A stretch of 64,000 nucleotides of DNA, from contig OZ024760.1 in the NCBI GenBank assembly GCA_964016885.1, positions 3,968,001 through 4,032,000 of the forward strand, written 5' to 3'. Made by a program: the position numbers and the translations under genes. The notes under the pieces were generated by a model, which had not been told where the DNA came from, did no database searches, and was given only the letters and a program-made list of their open reading frames with translations. Positions 39,533 through 52,600 of this stretch are shown here, one piece after another (the first letter of the stretch is position 1; every line of letters starts with the position of its first letter). This DNA comes from Eledone cirrhosa. Its lineage: Eukaryota.

Positions 39533-39873
39533 CGCGGTGGATTGGCAGTATCGGTAGAGGGTCGGACGCCATGCTTTCCAGCATAGTTACGTCCCTTTAC
39601 GATCTGAGTTCAAATCCCGCCGAGGTTGACTTTGCCTTTCATCCTTACGGGGTCGATAAAATAAAGTACCAGTAATGCACTGGGTAATTGCTGGCCTTGT
39701 GCCTAAAGTAGAAACAATTATTCTTTGACGCATAGAGTTACGGCCCTTGCCATTCTGAGTTCAAATCCCGCCGAGGTTAACTTTGCCTTTCATCCTTACG
39801 GGGTCGATAAAATAAAGTACCAGTAATACACAGGGTAATTGTTGGCCTTGTCCCAAAAGTAGAAACAATTATT
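39533..39873 (+). mobile_element. Two tandem tRNA-derived SINEs inside the 5' LTR
   Basis: A full copy bracketed by ATTATTCTTTGACGC, followed by a 5'-truncated copy. Confidence 0.85.
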
Positions 39874-41757
39874 TGTGCTACAACAAAATAAACATACATT
39901 TCATCTCTAATTTCTGCTGTCGACGTCATTATGTTACTCGTGTCTCAATAACATTTATAATCCATGCTGATAAATTGGTGACCTAACGTGAGGAATATTG
40001 TAAATACAAAATATACCTTTTAAAATTTTTAAAAAATTAGCAGTATTTCAAAAACTTTTCGCCACGAGGAAATTTCAAAATGGCTACCGACAAGTCCTGT
40101 CTACAATCGACAACAACAACAGCAGCAGCAGCAGCAGCAGCGACAACATTGTTTAACCACTAATCAACAACAGGGAATAGTGATATGGCAGCTTCATAGC
40201 CTTACCGACGCAACCACCACACATCATATTGTTTACTTCTATGCTTTCACATGTATTTTCAAAATTATAGCCCGGAGACATTTTTTTTTTCTTTCGATAC
40301 GGCTTCCTGCAATACAAACAAGCAACACAACCTTATGTCACACAAGGTGGCAGGACGGTAAAATGGCCACGAAAACTCTCAAAAACAATATACATCTAAC
40401 CCCTAGTGGCATTAACAAACTTCTTTTTCAGTTTTCAGATAGAACTAGTGTCAGAAAGTCTGTACACTGGTGATGTGTGAACTATTTGACTTTGAAAAAC
40501 TTTGAACTTATCATTGAGCATTAATTTCTCTGCTCCCTTATATTGACTTTGAATTATCAGTTTGTTACATTCACATATTTTTTTGTAAAATGCATTTACT
40601 TGTTTTGTGCTCTTTTGCTATTTGCTTGCTCATGGTTTTTGTTCATTCACATTCTTTGCTGTTTTACATGCTTGCATATGCACACATTTCTTTGTCACCT
40701 ACCAACATGTTGTTCTTAGTATATGTTCTTCAAACGTAATATTCTGCGAGATCCCTTTTCACCTGGTTGAGGTGCCGTCACATGCTAGCGACTCGTAGAG
40801 CTTAATTCACCTGGATTCAGACAGGCACCGCAACACGAGAATGCTAATTGCAGCTGAACTCAAACAGTTTCGCATCTCGTTGCACACTCATCGTCCATAA
40901 CAACCTCCATCTTGTTACCTTACCCGACTCACTGGGAAAATAACAAATAGAACTGGACTTGTCAGCATTTCCACCATTTCTGTGGATTCGCCCGAGTTAT
41001 GGAATTTACACTGCAACCCACTTACAGATTCAACTTGCTTTTTTTTCTTTTCAAAGCAACCAGCCATTTTTTCCTGGCTCCCTAGCACATTCGGCAATAC
41101 ATCTGGGAGGCCAACATTTTCTCGCCTACACATCATCTTCTTGCCAGCACTGGTAAACTACCATAATAGCTTCATCCACAGCTACTGGTACAACACTTAC
41201 CATTAACATTTAATGCAAGAACGGCAACTTCGCCCATGTCAGACTTTATCCGTTTTCTGTTAGACCTTTGGTAGTCACGTATAAACTACAAAACAGCTAG
41301 TCATTTGACACAGCGGCTCAACACGGCCCTTAGCGCCTCTTTTTTTCTTGCATGCATCCTTCTGCTCAATTATTTTTTCACTGATGTGCTCTTTCAGCAT
41401 TTGTTCTTGCTGATTCAATAATCTGTACCGACTTCCGTCTAGAAGGGGAGTATTGTAGTGACCTACATTCCGCGGGCTCACATACATTCTCTGTGCGTGA
41501 TTTGGCTCAGCTCAGCCAATCAGCGCCAGTAGAAGAGGATGTATCCCTACGCGTCCTGAGGGAGAAATTACCCGCGAAGATTTGAAGAATCTCTCTCTCG
41601 CACCAGGAACTTCGAACCAGCAACACGTACATGTGACGGTGAGATTTTGCACCTTGGCCTGCCGGCTTTCCGGCGCAATGGCACATTCCCTTTTGTAACT
41701 CATTTTATGTGTAACTTCAACCATACAAGTTAACCAACATTATTTGTGCTACAACAA

Positions 41758-41947
41758 GGGCGGTGGGTTGGCAGTATCGGTAGAGGGTCGGACGCCATGC
41801 TTTCCAGCATAGTTACGTCCCTTTACGATCTGAGTTCAAATCCCGCCGAGGTTGACTTTGCCTTTCATCCTTACGAGGTCGATAAAATAAAGTACCAGTA
41901 ATGCACTGGGTAATTGCTGGCCTTGTGCCTAAAGTAGAAACAATTAT
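41758..41947 (+). mobile_element. Full-length tRNA-derived SINE inside the 3' LTR
   Basis: TSD ATTATTTGTGCTACAACAA on both sides. Confidence 0.88.
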
Positions 41948-42266
41948 TTGTGCTACAACAAAAATAAACATACATTTCATCTCTAATTTCTGCTGTTGAC
42001 GTCATTATTATGTTACTCGTGTCTCAATAACATTTATAATCCATGCTGTTAAACTAGGATCGGGCCTAATTGATAACGATCGTACCTTGAGCTAAATCGA
42101 ACTTTAGCTGCAGTACAGCAAGTACCACTCGCTTTGTCTTGAGGCAATCACAAAGCTCTCAATGAATCGAAAGTTAAAATCAAACATTAAGTCCAGAGTT
42201 AAACACCGTAGTTATAAAATGTGACAACCGACTGAAGGCACAAACTATACATACAACAAAATAACG

Positions 42267-42331
<65 letters not shown>

Positions 42332-42675
42332 AATATAAGATAGTCATTGCTCCAATCAGTCTACAAATACTAATACGTATGTATGTTATAATAATGAAAA
42401 TATTGTGTACAGTGCTCAGGTGCACTACAACTCATCAAAAGTGTATGTATAGTACATAGGGTAATGTACAAACGTCAGGAAAATGAACAGTGCATGAGTC
42501 ATGATATACACATGTGTGCTTGTGTAGGTATGTATAAACATCATATATATATGAAAAGGTTAAAAGTTCAAGTGAGTAAAGTTATGTCATGTTTTGTTGC
42601 CTGACATGGTGAAGATCGAAGATCACAAGCAGTTAATGTATCGGCCGTTTTCCGATCAGATCGCCGTTGAACGGA

Positions 42676-42836
42676 CAGTGCCGGATTTAGGACAAATGAG
42701 GCCCTGTGCTAGTTAAGTTATGAGACCTTTACTTGGGCCCTGAAGGAGGTAAACAAATTGGGAGGGGGGAGGGATGCCCCAATACCAACTGGGCCCTGTG
42801 TTTAAGCACACCTAATCAATGGTAAATTCGGCACTG
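42676..42836. mobile_element. MITE with 14-bp TIRs (hAT-like ends)
   Basis: CAGTGCCGGATTTA / TAAATTCGGCACTG. Confidence 0.65.
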
Positions 42837-43183
42837 CATCGGGACGGAGTTGGCCACCTACAGGAGTGAGTCACACCAATCGGAATGACTATTTCATCAC
42901 GTCCCCATCGCTACCCTCTGGAGTAAGGGTTTCCCCATTCTGTCCGCTGGGAGGACGATAAGGTAACATACACCTACGGATCTACACATCGGAGAGTGAT
43001 CTCCCACATTATCCAGGCACATATCATTCAGGTAGCAATGGTTGATGTCTGAAAATGTATAAAAGGACTGGTCTCCATACATACAAATATGACTAACGAA
43101 CAAAATATCAATAACATCAGCTTGCTTCGGAAACTCCGAGTACCTAGCATGTTATATACCAATCTGCAATGTGTTTTATATAA

Positions 43184-43347
43184 TTGTTTCTACTTTTGGC
43201 ACAAGGCCAGCAATTAACCAGTACATTACTGGTACTTTATTTTATCGACCCCGTATGGATGAAAGGCAAAGTTAACATCGGCGGGATTTGAACTCAGATC
43301 GTAAAGGGACGTAACTATGCTGGAAAGCATGTCCGACCCTCTACCGA
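43184..43347 (-). mobile_element. tRNA-derived SINE
   Basis: Reverse complement of the 41758 copy, 5'-truncated. Confidence 0.85.
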
Positions 43348-43674
43348 GAGTCTATATGTGGATACATATATAAATTCGTACACACGTATATATATACGTG
43401 TATATATATTGTATATAAAATTTTAGACATAGGTGTTTATAAATATACATATATAATTTTACGAAATATCAATAACATCAGATTGCAGCAAAAAGTCCGA
43501 GTACCTAGGAAAATATATACCAATCTGCAATGTGTATATAGATACATATATAATTTCGTACACACGTAAATATATATATATATATATTGTATATAAAATT
43601 TTTGACATAGATATTTATATATATACAACAAGAATAACACTTGGATCCGACACCAAACTGGAGTCAGTGACATA

Positions 43675-43858
43675 ATTGTTTCTACTTTTGGCACAAGGCC
43701 AGCAATTAACCAGTGCATTACTGGTACTTTATTTTATCGACCCCGTAAGGATGAAAGGCAAAGTCAACCTCGGCGGGATTTGAACTCAGATCGTAAAGGG
43801 ACGTAACTATGCTGGAAAGCATGGCGTCCGACCCTCTACCGATACTGCCAATCCACCG
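43675..43858 (-). mobile_element. tRNA-derived SINE
   Basis: Reverse complement of the 39533 and 41758 copies; TGACATAAT on both sides as a TSD. Confidence 0.85.
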
Positions 43859-43874
43859 TGACATAATAACAACC

Positions 43875-44092
43875 ATGAAGACGAAAAAACACAGAAGGAC
43901 GATCAGTGTGACAGAATGGACACCAAGAAAATGGACAAGATCAAAAGGACTGCCAACAACAAGATGGCAAGACGATCTCACCAACGACCTGGGACCATCA
44001 TGGCCAAGACTGACAAGGGACAGAAATCGGTGGAAGGAGTCCTGAGAGGGGTTCCTTCTTCGTGAGCGATTTCAAGATCCTGGATCTGGATA
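43875..44092 (+). mobile_element. RTE-like non-LTR 3' terminal fragment
   Basis: VTEWTPRKWTRSKGLPTTRWQDDL...W.RLTRDRNRWK, a typical RTE C-terminus. Confidence 0.6.
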
Positions 44093-44109
44093 TATAATTT
44101 TATATATAC

Positions 44110-44144
<35 letters not shown>

Positions 44145-44149
<5 letters not shown>

Positions 44150-45127
44150 ACACACAGATACATGCGGACACACACATATACATGAATGCATCCACACCCA
44201 TCCGTGAGTTAATGGTGCCAACCTTACCGATGTTGCTCGATGAATGACTGGGACAGACCAATCCGGTTGAATTAGACTGAACCAGTATCAGAGTTAAAAA
44301 TACATATCTCCCCCTCCGCCTTTTGGGATTCTTTCTCACGTCGTGTAGACGCGTTCTTGAAGCTAGAAAAACGAGGTATCCTCTTGATAAGTCGGCAAAC
44401 CTCGCAGAGACTCTATATCTTTATGATGTATTGTTTTTGTTTATGCCACGAAACTACGTAGTCGAGGAATCTAGGAGCAGTTTAGGTATGATACATTTTA
44501 TTACTAATTATATCTAAATGTTCCTTCTCTCTTCATAATGTATTTTTAACTCTGATACTGGTTCAGTGTAGTTCAACCGGATTGGTCTGTCCCAGTCATT
44601 CATCGAGCAACATCGGTAAGGTTGGCACCATTAACTCACGGATGGGTGTGGATGCATTCATGTATATGTGTGTGTCCGCATGTATCTGTGTGTTTCTAAA
44701 TATATTGTTCATAACTCCCTCTGGTCGAGTAATCTTTGAAGTGTGGTGACTGCTGGAAAGCTGCCATTACTCATACTTCTCGCCTCCTTCACCACCTCTT
44801 CTACGGCTTCGATATAAATACCCCCTCCGCCTCCGTGGTATTTTCTTCGGGGTTATAAGAGGCTTAGCTCTGTTTCTCGACCGTTATATCGCGTGACTAT
44901 CTCCCCCTCCGCCTTTTGGGATTCTTTCTCACGTCGTGTAGACGCGTTCTTGAAGCTAGAAAAACGAGGTATCCTCTTGATAAGTCGGCAAACCTCGCAG
45001 AGACTCTATATCTTTATGATGTATTGTTTTTGTTTATGCCACGAAACTACGTAGTCGAGGAATCTAGGAGCAGTTTAGGTATGATACATTTTATTACTAA
45101 TTATATCTAAATGTTCCTTCTCTCTTC

Positions 45128-45131
<4 letters not shown>
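44145..45131 (+). mobile_element. 593-bp-period partial tandem with 5' inverted segment and variant hammerheads, in (TA)n
   Basis: Direct repeats 44306-44538 and 44899-45131. 44145-44303 is the reverse complement of about 44539-44698. HHR at 44379-44468 and 44972-45061. Confidence 0.8.
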
Positions 45132-45222
<91 letters not shown>

Positions 45223-45337
45223 AAGAATTCATATCTAGTAACATATATATACATACAGATGCATATCAATGTTAGCAAATATATAGGTTTTGTCTTAATA
45301 ACAGTGTGGTTCAATGCATGGGGTTGCAGAACAATAA

Positions 45338-45572
45338 TATAAGAGACGTAAAATAAGAAAATTATAAAATTAACTTACTTACTAAAATATCACTTCCAAC
45401 TAATTAGTTTCTGGAATGGAGTAAATATATTTTCCGAAATATAATATATTATTCTTCCGAAGAATAATATATTATTCTTCGGAAAATATATTTACTCCAT
45501 TCCAGAAACTAATTAGTTGGAAGTGATATTTTAGTAAGTAAGTTAATTTTATAATTTTCTTATTTTACGTCT

Positions 45573-45580
<8 letters not shown>
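45338..45580. repeat. Fold-back element (about 100-bp arms) next to (TA)n
   Basis: TATAAGAGACGTAAAATAAG...TTTTCCGAA and TTCGGAAAA...TTTTACGTCTCTTATA. Confidence 0.8.
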
Positions 45581-45627
<47 letters not shown>

Positions 45628-47277
45628 CAAGCGTGAACCTAATATGACTGTGTAAAATTGCCTCCTGTGTTCTGTTTGTTTCATTTATTATATATATATA
45701 TATGTATATATATAATTAATGTATAAAAATCAATACAATATAATTACCTCATTACCGGAGGTTTCCCGAATGAGGCGAATACGAAATAAACGACTTCATT
45801 CGTTCGTCAGACGAGGCAATATAAAACATGGGCAAATACTTAGAAAAACACATCAAGAAAATCAAAAAAAGATATAGATAAATGAAATAGAAATTGAAAT
45901 ATATAAAAATCTATCAAGAAATATAGTTAGGTGTGTGTATATGTATGTATATACGCTCCCAGATGTGCATATATGTATATGTGTACATGTACATGTATAG
46001 TGAGAAAGTGTGCGTAATTCTAAAATAGGGCAAATGTATCTATATGTCTGTATTATACAAACAGAAATGGTTACATCGTAAATATACGAATATGAAGGCG
46101 CGCGCATAAAACGCCTGGACACTCGTACGCTTGGGTGCGGAAAGAAAGGAGGTAAGGGAGTGTAATAATTAAAAGAAAAGGGTCAGTCTCGATATATTTA
46201 TAAAAATATAATAACGATAAATTAGAAAGAAAAAATTGAAGAAAACAAAAAAAGGGGGGTATATACATACACAGACACGCGTGTCTCACAAAAGAAATGT
46301 AAAAATAATTATGCTTATATAAACACGCGCACTTACACTTCCATACGTTCGATACGTACATACACACACACACACACACACACATACCTATACTCACGCA
46401 TATAAACCTGTTTACATGCCCACGTATGAAACTGAGTAAGTAAAAAAAGGAAGGGGGAGGGAAAAGAAAAAAGGAACAAAACATAAAACCGAGATGTCAA
46501 AAACACGGATATAAAGACACGTACACATACGCATAATATATACATACACACACAAACACCTGTACACACACGCAGATATACACATACACACACACATATA
46601 CATACACACACATACACACACGCACGCGCGCGCACATACGTAGTCACTCATGTACATATATAAAAAGTATACACACATTAAGGCGTTCAGCCATATTGAA
46701 ATGTGGATAAATAAGTACAAATATAAAATTGTAAGATAGGCTGCGCAAAAATAAAATAAAAATGAAAATATCTGGATTGAAAAACACAAAAGACAAGTGT
46801 GATCAGTTAGTGGAGGAAAAAGGGAAGTAAAAGAAGGGGAAGTAAAAAATAGAAAATAGGAAGTGGATCGGAGAATAAGGGGGGGGGGGGGGGAATGTGA
46901 AGTAAAAATAAATAAAAGTGAAAATAAATGAAATTATTGACAAGGATAAAAATGAAAGTAAGTCAGAAAGGGTAATTAAAAAGAGAATAATAAGAGTTTA
47001 TGGAGGATAAGTATCTGAAAGTGTGTTAAGTTTATATGAGCTGGAAAGCAGGTGTGATTTCATGTGTGGGCAACTGGTGAAATATATTATATATATACGG
47101 TATATATGACCAACATTTTAAATAGAAATCTACAGTTAAAAACAAACCGGTAAGAGATCCTGGGGTTGGCTCCGATCAAGATGGTTGGATAACATATACA
47201 TATATATATATATTTACGTATGTATCAAATTTTAAATATATATATACGTACATATATTCATACATACATATATATAT

Positions 47278-47735
47278 CCAAGGAAAATTCAACTGATAAG
47301 GTATGTTCCTTGGATATGTCAAAATTTATAAAACACACTCGTATTTGATCTGATGAAAGCGTACCAAACTTTTTGGTACCCTTTTAATATTGTAGCATTG
47401 AAGGAATATATCTTTCATTGTATCATCCTTTGTAGTGTTACCGAGGCATTTGTAATGTTATTTATGTATATATTTATATATTTATGTATAAATTTATTTA
47501 TATGCTCTGTTTATATTTTCATTCTGAAGGAATTGCAAACGATTTGTAATGTTTGTGCAACTATGAAGTATATATTTAGGAAATAAAGAATAATTCTATA
47601 ATAGAATAAATATAGTTTCCATTTATTTAATATCAATGAATATTTACTCCAGAAACTGTCGAGTGCTCTGAATCAGTTATAAACATTTATATTTGTTGAA
47701 TTACCAACAAATTAAATATCCCTTCTGCTTATATA
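47278..47735 (+). mobile_element. Penelope-like pLTR-type element (homologue of 17250-17490) with small 5' hairpin and decayed HHR
   Basis: TCCAAGGAA..TTCCTTGGA hairpin; CTGATGAAAGCGTACCA..TGGTACCCTT; shared 3' end GAGTGCT...CCAACAAATTAAATAT..CTGC. Confidence 0.6.
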
Positions 47736-48144
47736 TAGAGATAGATAGATTCGTCTGTATAAACATATTTACAATACAGCCATGACACACACGTGTGTTA
47801 TATCTCAATAAATACAGAACCTCATAACTTTAGGTTAGGTGTTAATAGACAGACTATAATAGGTGTATCTCGTAGAGCAATGTTTATTACATGAAATAAA
47901 GTTATTTCAGTTTATTTTGTAGAAAACATGGAAGGAAAATTTTTATTCAAACATTTCGATGTCTAGCTGGAAATATAAACATATTCTTATACATACCATA
48001 AAAAAAAACACTGTTAAAATTGAAACATACTAGCAATAAACCAACATTAATATTTTTTTTTTTTTCGAATTTTTTTCTTTCATTATTTTCATATATAAAA
48101 GTTTGTTTCTCTCTCTATATATATATATATATATTCCTCTCTTC

Positions 48145-49165
48145 TCTATAAGTCTTATATATCTTTTATGTGGGCTGATAGTGATCGGATTAAGGAATTG
48201 CAGAAACCCAAGAAGCTAAATTTAACATCATTCTAGCGGGTCCGGGTAAGTTTTACATTCATTTAATTTATTAATTTATTGATATTTTATTTGAGTGACC
48301 CGAATCTTCCTGGTCGTTTATTTTCGGCTGCATGGGTGATTTTAGGCATGACCTCTATGTGTTGGTATTTTAACGATAGTTATAGCTCTGATTTTTCCAA
48401 ATTATTGAGCACTCTGCCACATATATCGGATATTGTTTATCGTGATTTCGTGGGCTGATATTCCGATTCTCGATTATTCTACTATATATATATAACATAA
48501 AAATAACTTACCTTCGACATTGTTTCCCCCGGCTTGTGCGCGCGTGTGTGTAAGTCACGTGATGTGTCGTCTGCTTCCAGTTTACAGTCACTCCGCGCTT
48601 TTTTTTCATCACCCCTCCTCCCCATCTCGCTCTGCTCGTGCGCGTTCTCCTCCCTCCCCTTCTCCCCAACTCTAATTCGATTTGTGATATTTTGTATTCT
48701 TACAATAATATACACAATTGAATTCATTCGCCTAATATAGGGGTTGCCTCCCTTGCTGATCCCCACGTGGATTTAGTAAAAGTCTTCCCCTGTATTATTG
48801 AACTAAAGGCCTGTTGAAAAAGCGACTTCTTTGTTCATCATCTTACCAGAAGCCGGACATTTTTTATGTAGGCGGACGGTACCTGATTTAGGAGCCGCAG
48901 AAACCCAAATGCTGGATTTTACCATCTTTCCAGGGGGTCCGAGTAAATTTTTCAATCATATATATTTTTATTTGTTTGACCCGAATTACTTGATCGTATT
49001 TTTTGGCTGTGCGAATGATTGTTTAAGCATCGTCTCAGTGTGTTGGTATTAAACGTTAGTTATAGCTCTGGTTCATCCGAACCATTGAGCACTTTGCCGC
49101 ACATTTCGAAGATTGTTTTTCGTTATTTCGTGGGCCGAAGTTCCGATTCTCGATAATTTTATTTA
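48145..49165 (+). mobile_element. Two diverged copies of the 585-bp family element, each ending in (TA)n
   Basis: GCAGAAACCCAA..GGGTCCG..GACCCGAAT..TAGTTATAGCTCTG..TTGAGCACT..TCGTGGGC..TTCCGATTCTCGAT at 48200-48485 and 48895-49160. Confidence 0.7.
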
Positions 49166-49344
49166 TACATATATATATATATATTATGGAATACTGTTGG
49201 CTTCTTGCTACAATACTTTCTATACCTTTCATTTATATATACATATATGTATGTACGTATACATACATACTTACATTTAAGTAAGTGCCGTACTAAGAGT
49301 GAGAAATGAAATTTCGTTTCATTCTATTCCATTTATATATATAT

Positions 49345-49586
49345 ATATTTATTTAAAGGTTAAACAAGGTTCAATGAATAAATCAAAGAATGAGTTTTAC
49401 AATAGATTGGAAGCACTCAACAAAAATGGTTTTCCGGAGTTATTAATATTAATTCAAAATATTAACAAAATAGATATTCTTGTGATCAAGTATATTTTAT
49501 TATACATATTTCAACCTCTGAAATATGTATAATAAAATATACTTGATCACAAGAATATCTATTTTGTTAATATTTTGAATTAATAT
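49345..49586. repeat. Fold-back element in (TA)n
   Basis: Arms about 49446-49505 and 49528-49586. Confidence 0.75.
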
Positions 49587-49660
49587 ATATATATTTATGT
49601 ATACATATATATATATTTATTTATGTATACATATATATATATATACATATACATATATAT

Positions 49661-52600
49661 ATAAAAACAAATAACGAAACGAAATTAAATTTCGTTTCGT
49701 TTGTAACTCACTTTTGTATGACTGACGCTCAAACAATTAAGTCAAAGATGTACATCCATATATGTATACTGAAATACTAGTATGTATATGAATACACAAA
49801 CGTATACATATGTAGATGTACCAAGTTTTTTTTTCACTGATCACTTTACTGTGAGTGGCCAGCTATTCTGTATGTAAACACACAGACAAACCGGTTTTTA
49901 GAGTCATACTGGTTTTTGAGGAAACATCTTTCCTCTATTCTCCAGAAAGCCAGACAAGGAATATTGAACTAGTTTCGTTGTTGTTACAACTCATCAGCAA
50001 TATTTACCTATCTTCCGGCCTCTCTAGAGAATCGTAAAAGCACATATCGCTATATGCTTTTTCTATGAAAATTAGTAGTGGGCAGACCAACTTGCATAGA
50101 GTGTGAGTAAGTACCGGTTCAACGGAGACGATAAAAACAAATAACGAAACGAAATTAAATTTCGTTTCGTTTGTAACTCACTTTTGTATGACTGACGCTC
50201 AAACAATTAAGTCAAAGATGTACATCCATATATGTATACTGAAATACTAGTATGTATATGAATACACAAACGTATACATATGTAGATGTACCAAGTTTTT
50301 TTTCACTGATCACTTTACTGTGAGTGGCCAGCTATTCTGTATGTAAACACACAGACAAACCGGTTTTTAGAGTCATACTGGTTTTTGAGGAAACATCTTT
50401 CCTCTATTCTCCAGAAAGCCAGACAAGGAATATTGAACTAGTTTCGTTGTTGTTACAACTCATCAGCAATATTTACCTATCTTCCGGCCTCTCTAGAGAA
50501 TCGTAAAAGCACATATCGCTATATGCTTTTTCTATGAAAATTAGTAGTGGGCAGACCAACTTGCATAGAGTGTGAGTAAGTACCGGTTCAACGGAGACGA
50601 TAAAAACAAATAACGAAACGAAATTAAATTTCGTTTCGTTTGTAACTCACTTTTGTATGACTGACGCTCAAACAATTAAGTCAAAGATGTACATCCATAT
50701 ATGTATACTGAAATACTAGTATGTATATGAATACACAAACGTATACATATGTAGATGTACCAAGTTTTTTTTTCACTGATCACTTTACTGTGAGTGGCCA
50801 GCTATTCTGTATGTAAACACACAGACAAACCGGTTTTTAGAGTCATACTGGTTTTTGAGGAAACATCTTTCCTCTATTCTCCAGAAAGCCAGACAAGGAA
50901 TATTGAACTAGTTTCGTTGTTGTTACAACTCATCAGCAATATTTACCTATCTTCCGGCCTCTCTAGAGAATCGTAAAAGCACATATCGCTATATGCTTTT
51001 TCTATGAAAATTAGTAGTGGGCAGACCAACTTGCATAGAGTGTGAGTAAGTACCGGTTCAACGGAGACGATAAAAACAAATAACGAAACGAAATTAAATT
51101 TCGTTTCGTTTGTAACTCACTTTTGTATGACTGACGCTCAAACAATTAAGTCAAAGATGTACATCCATATATGTATACTGAAATACTAGTATGTATATGA
51201 ATACACAAACGTATACATATGTAGATGTACCAAGTTTTTTTTTTCACTGATCACTTTACTGTGAGTGGCCAGCTATTCTGTATGTAAACACACAGACAAA
51301 CCGGTTTTTAGAGTCATACTGGTTTTTGAGGAAACATCTTTCCTCTATTCTCCAGAAAGCCAGACAAGGAATATTGAACTAGTTTCGTTGTTGTTACAAC
51401 TCATCAGCAATATTTACCTATCTTCCGGCCTCTCTAGAGAATCGTAAAAGCACATATCGCTATATGCTTTTTCTATGAAAATTAGTAGTGGGCAGACCAA
51501 CTTGCATAGAGTGTGAGTAAGTACCGGTTCAACGGAGACGATAAAAACAAATAACGAAACGAAATTAAATTTCGTTTCGTTTGTAACTCACTTTTGTATG
51601 ACTGACGCTCAAACAATTAAGTCAAAGATGTACATCCATATATGTATACTGAAATACTAGTATGTATATGAATACACAAACGTATACATATGTAGATGTA
51701 CCAAGTTTTTTTTTCACTGATCACTTTACTGTGAGTGGCCAGCTATTCTGTATGTAAACACACAGACAAACCGGTTTTTAGAGTCATACTGGTTTTTGAG
51801 GAAACATCTTTCCTCTATTCTCCAGAAAGCCAGACAAGGAATATTGAACTAGTTTCGTTGTTGTTACAACTCATCAGCAATATTTACCTATCTTCCGGCC
51901 TCTCTAGAGAATCGTAAAAGCACATATCGCTATATGCTTTTTCTATGAAAATTAGTAGTGGGCAGACCAACTTGCATAGAGTGTGAGTAAGTACCGGTTC
52001 AACGGAGACGATAAAAACAAATAACGAAACGAAATTAAATTTCGTTTCGTTTGTAACTCACTTTTGTATGACTGACGCTCAAACAATTAAGTCAAAGATG
52101 TACATCCATATATGTATACTGAAATACTAGTATGTATATGAATACACAAACGTATACATATGTAGATGTACCAAGTTTTTTTTTCACTGATCACTTTACT
52201 GTGAGTGGCCAGCTATTCTGTATGTAAACACACAGACAAACCGGTTTTTAGAGTCATACTGGTTTTTGAGGAAACATCTTTCCTCTATTCTCCAGAAAGC
52301 CAGACAAGGAATATTGAACTAGTTTCGTTGTTGTTACAACTCATCAGCAATATTTACCTATCTTCCGGCCTCTCTAGAGAATCGTAAAAGCACATATCGC
52401 TATATGCTTTTTCTATGAAAATTAGTAGTGGGCAGACCAACTTGCATAGAGTGTGAGTAAGTACCGGTTCAACGGAGACGATAAAAACAAATAACGAAAC
52501 GAAATTAAATTTCGTTTCGTTTGTAACTCACTTTTGTATGACTGACGCTCAAACAATTAAGTCAAAGATGTACATCCATATATGTATACTGAAATACTAG

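Larger units (their letters stand above)
39235..42053 (+). mobile_element. Non-autonomous LTR retroelement
   Basis: LTRs 39235-39974 and 41454-42053 (TGTAGTGACC...CCATGCTGWTAAA); 4-bp TSD CTAG (39231-39234, 42054-42057); PBS TGGTGACCTAACGTGA at 39976 (tRNA-Trp-like); PPT AGAAGGGGAG 41441-41450; no gag/pol inside. Confidence 0.85.

Noticed and set aside
39533-39625. tRNA genes at SINE heads
   Set aside because: A/B boxes are present but continue into a SINE body and ATT tail; there is no complete cloverleaf.
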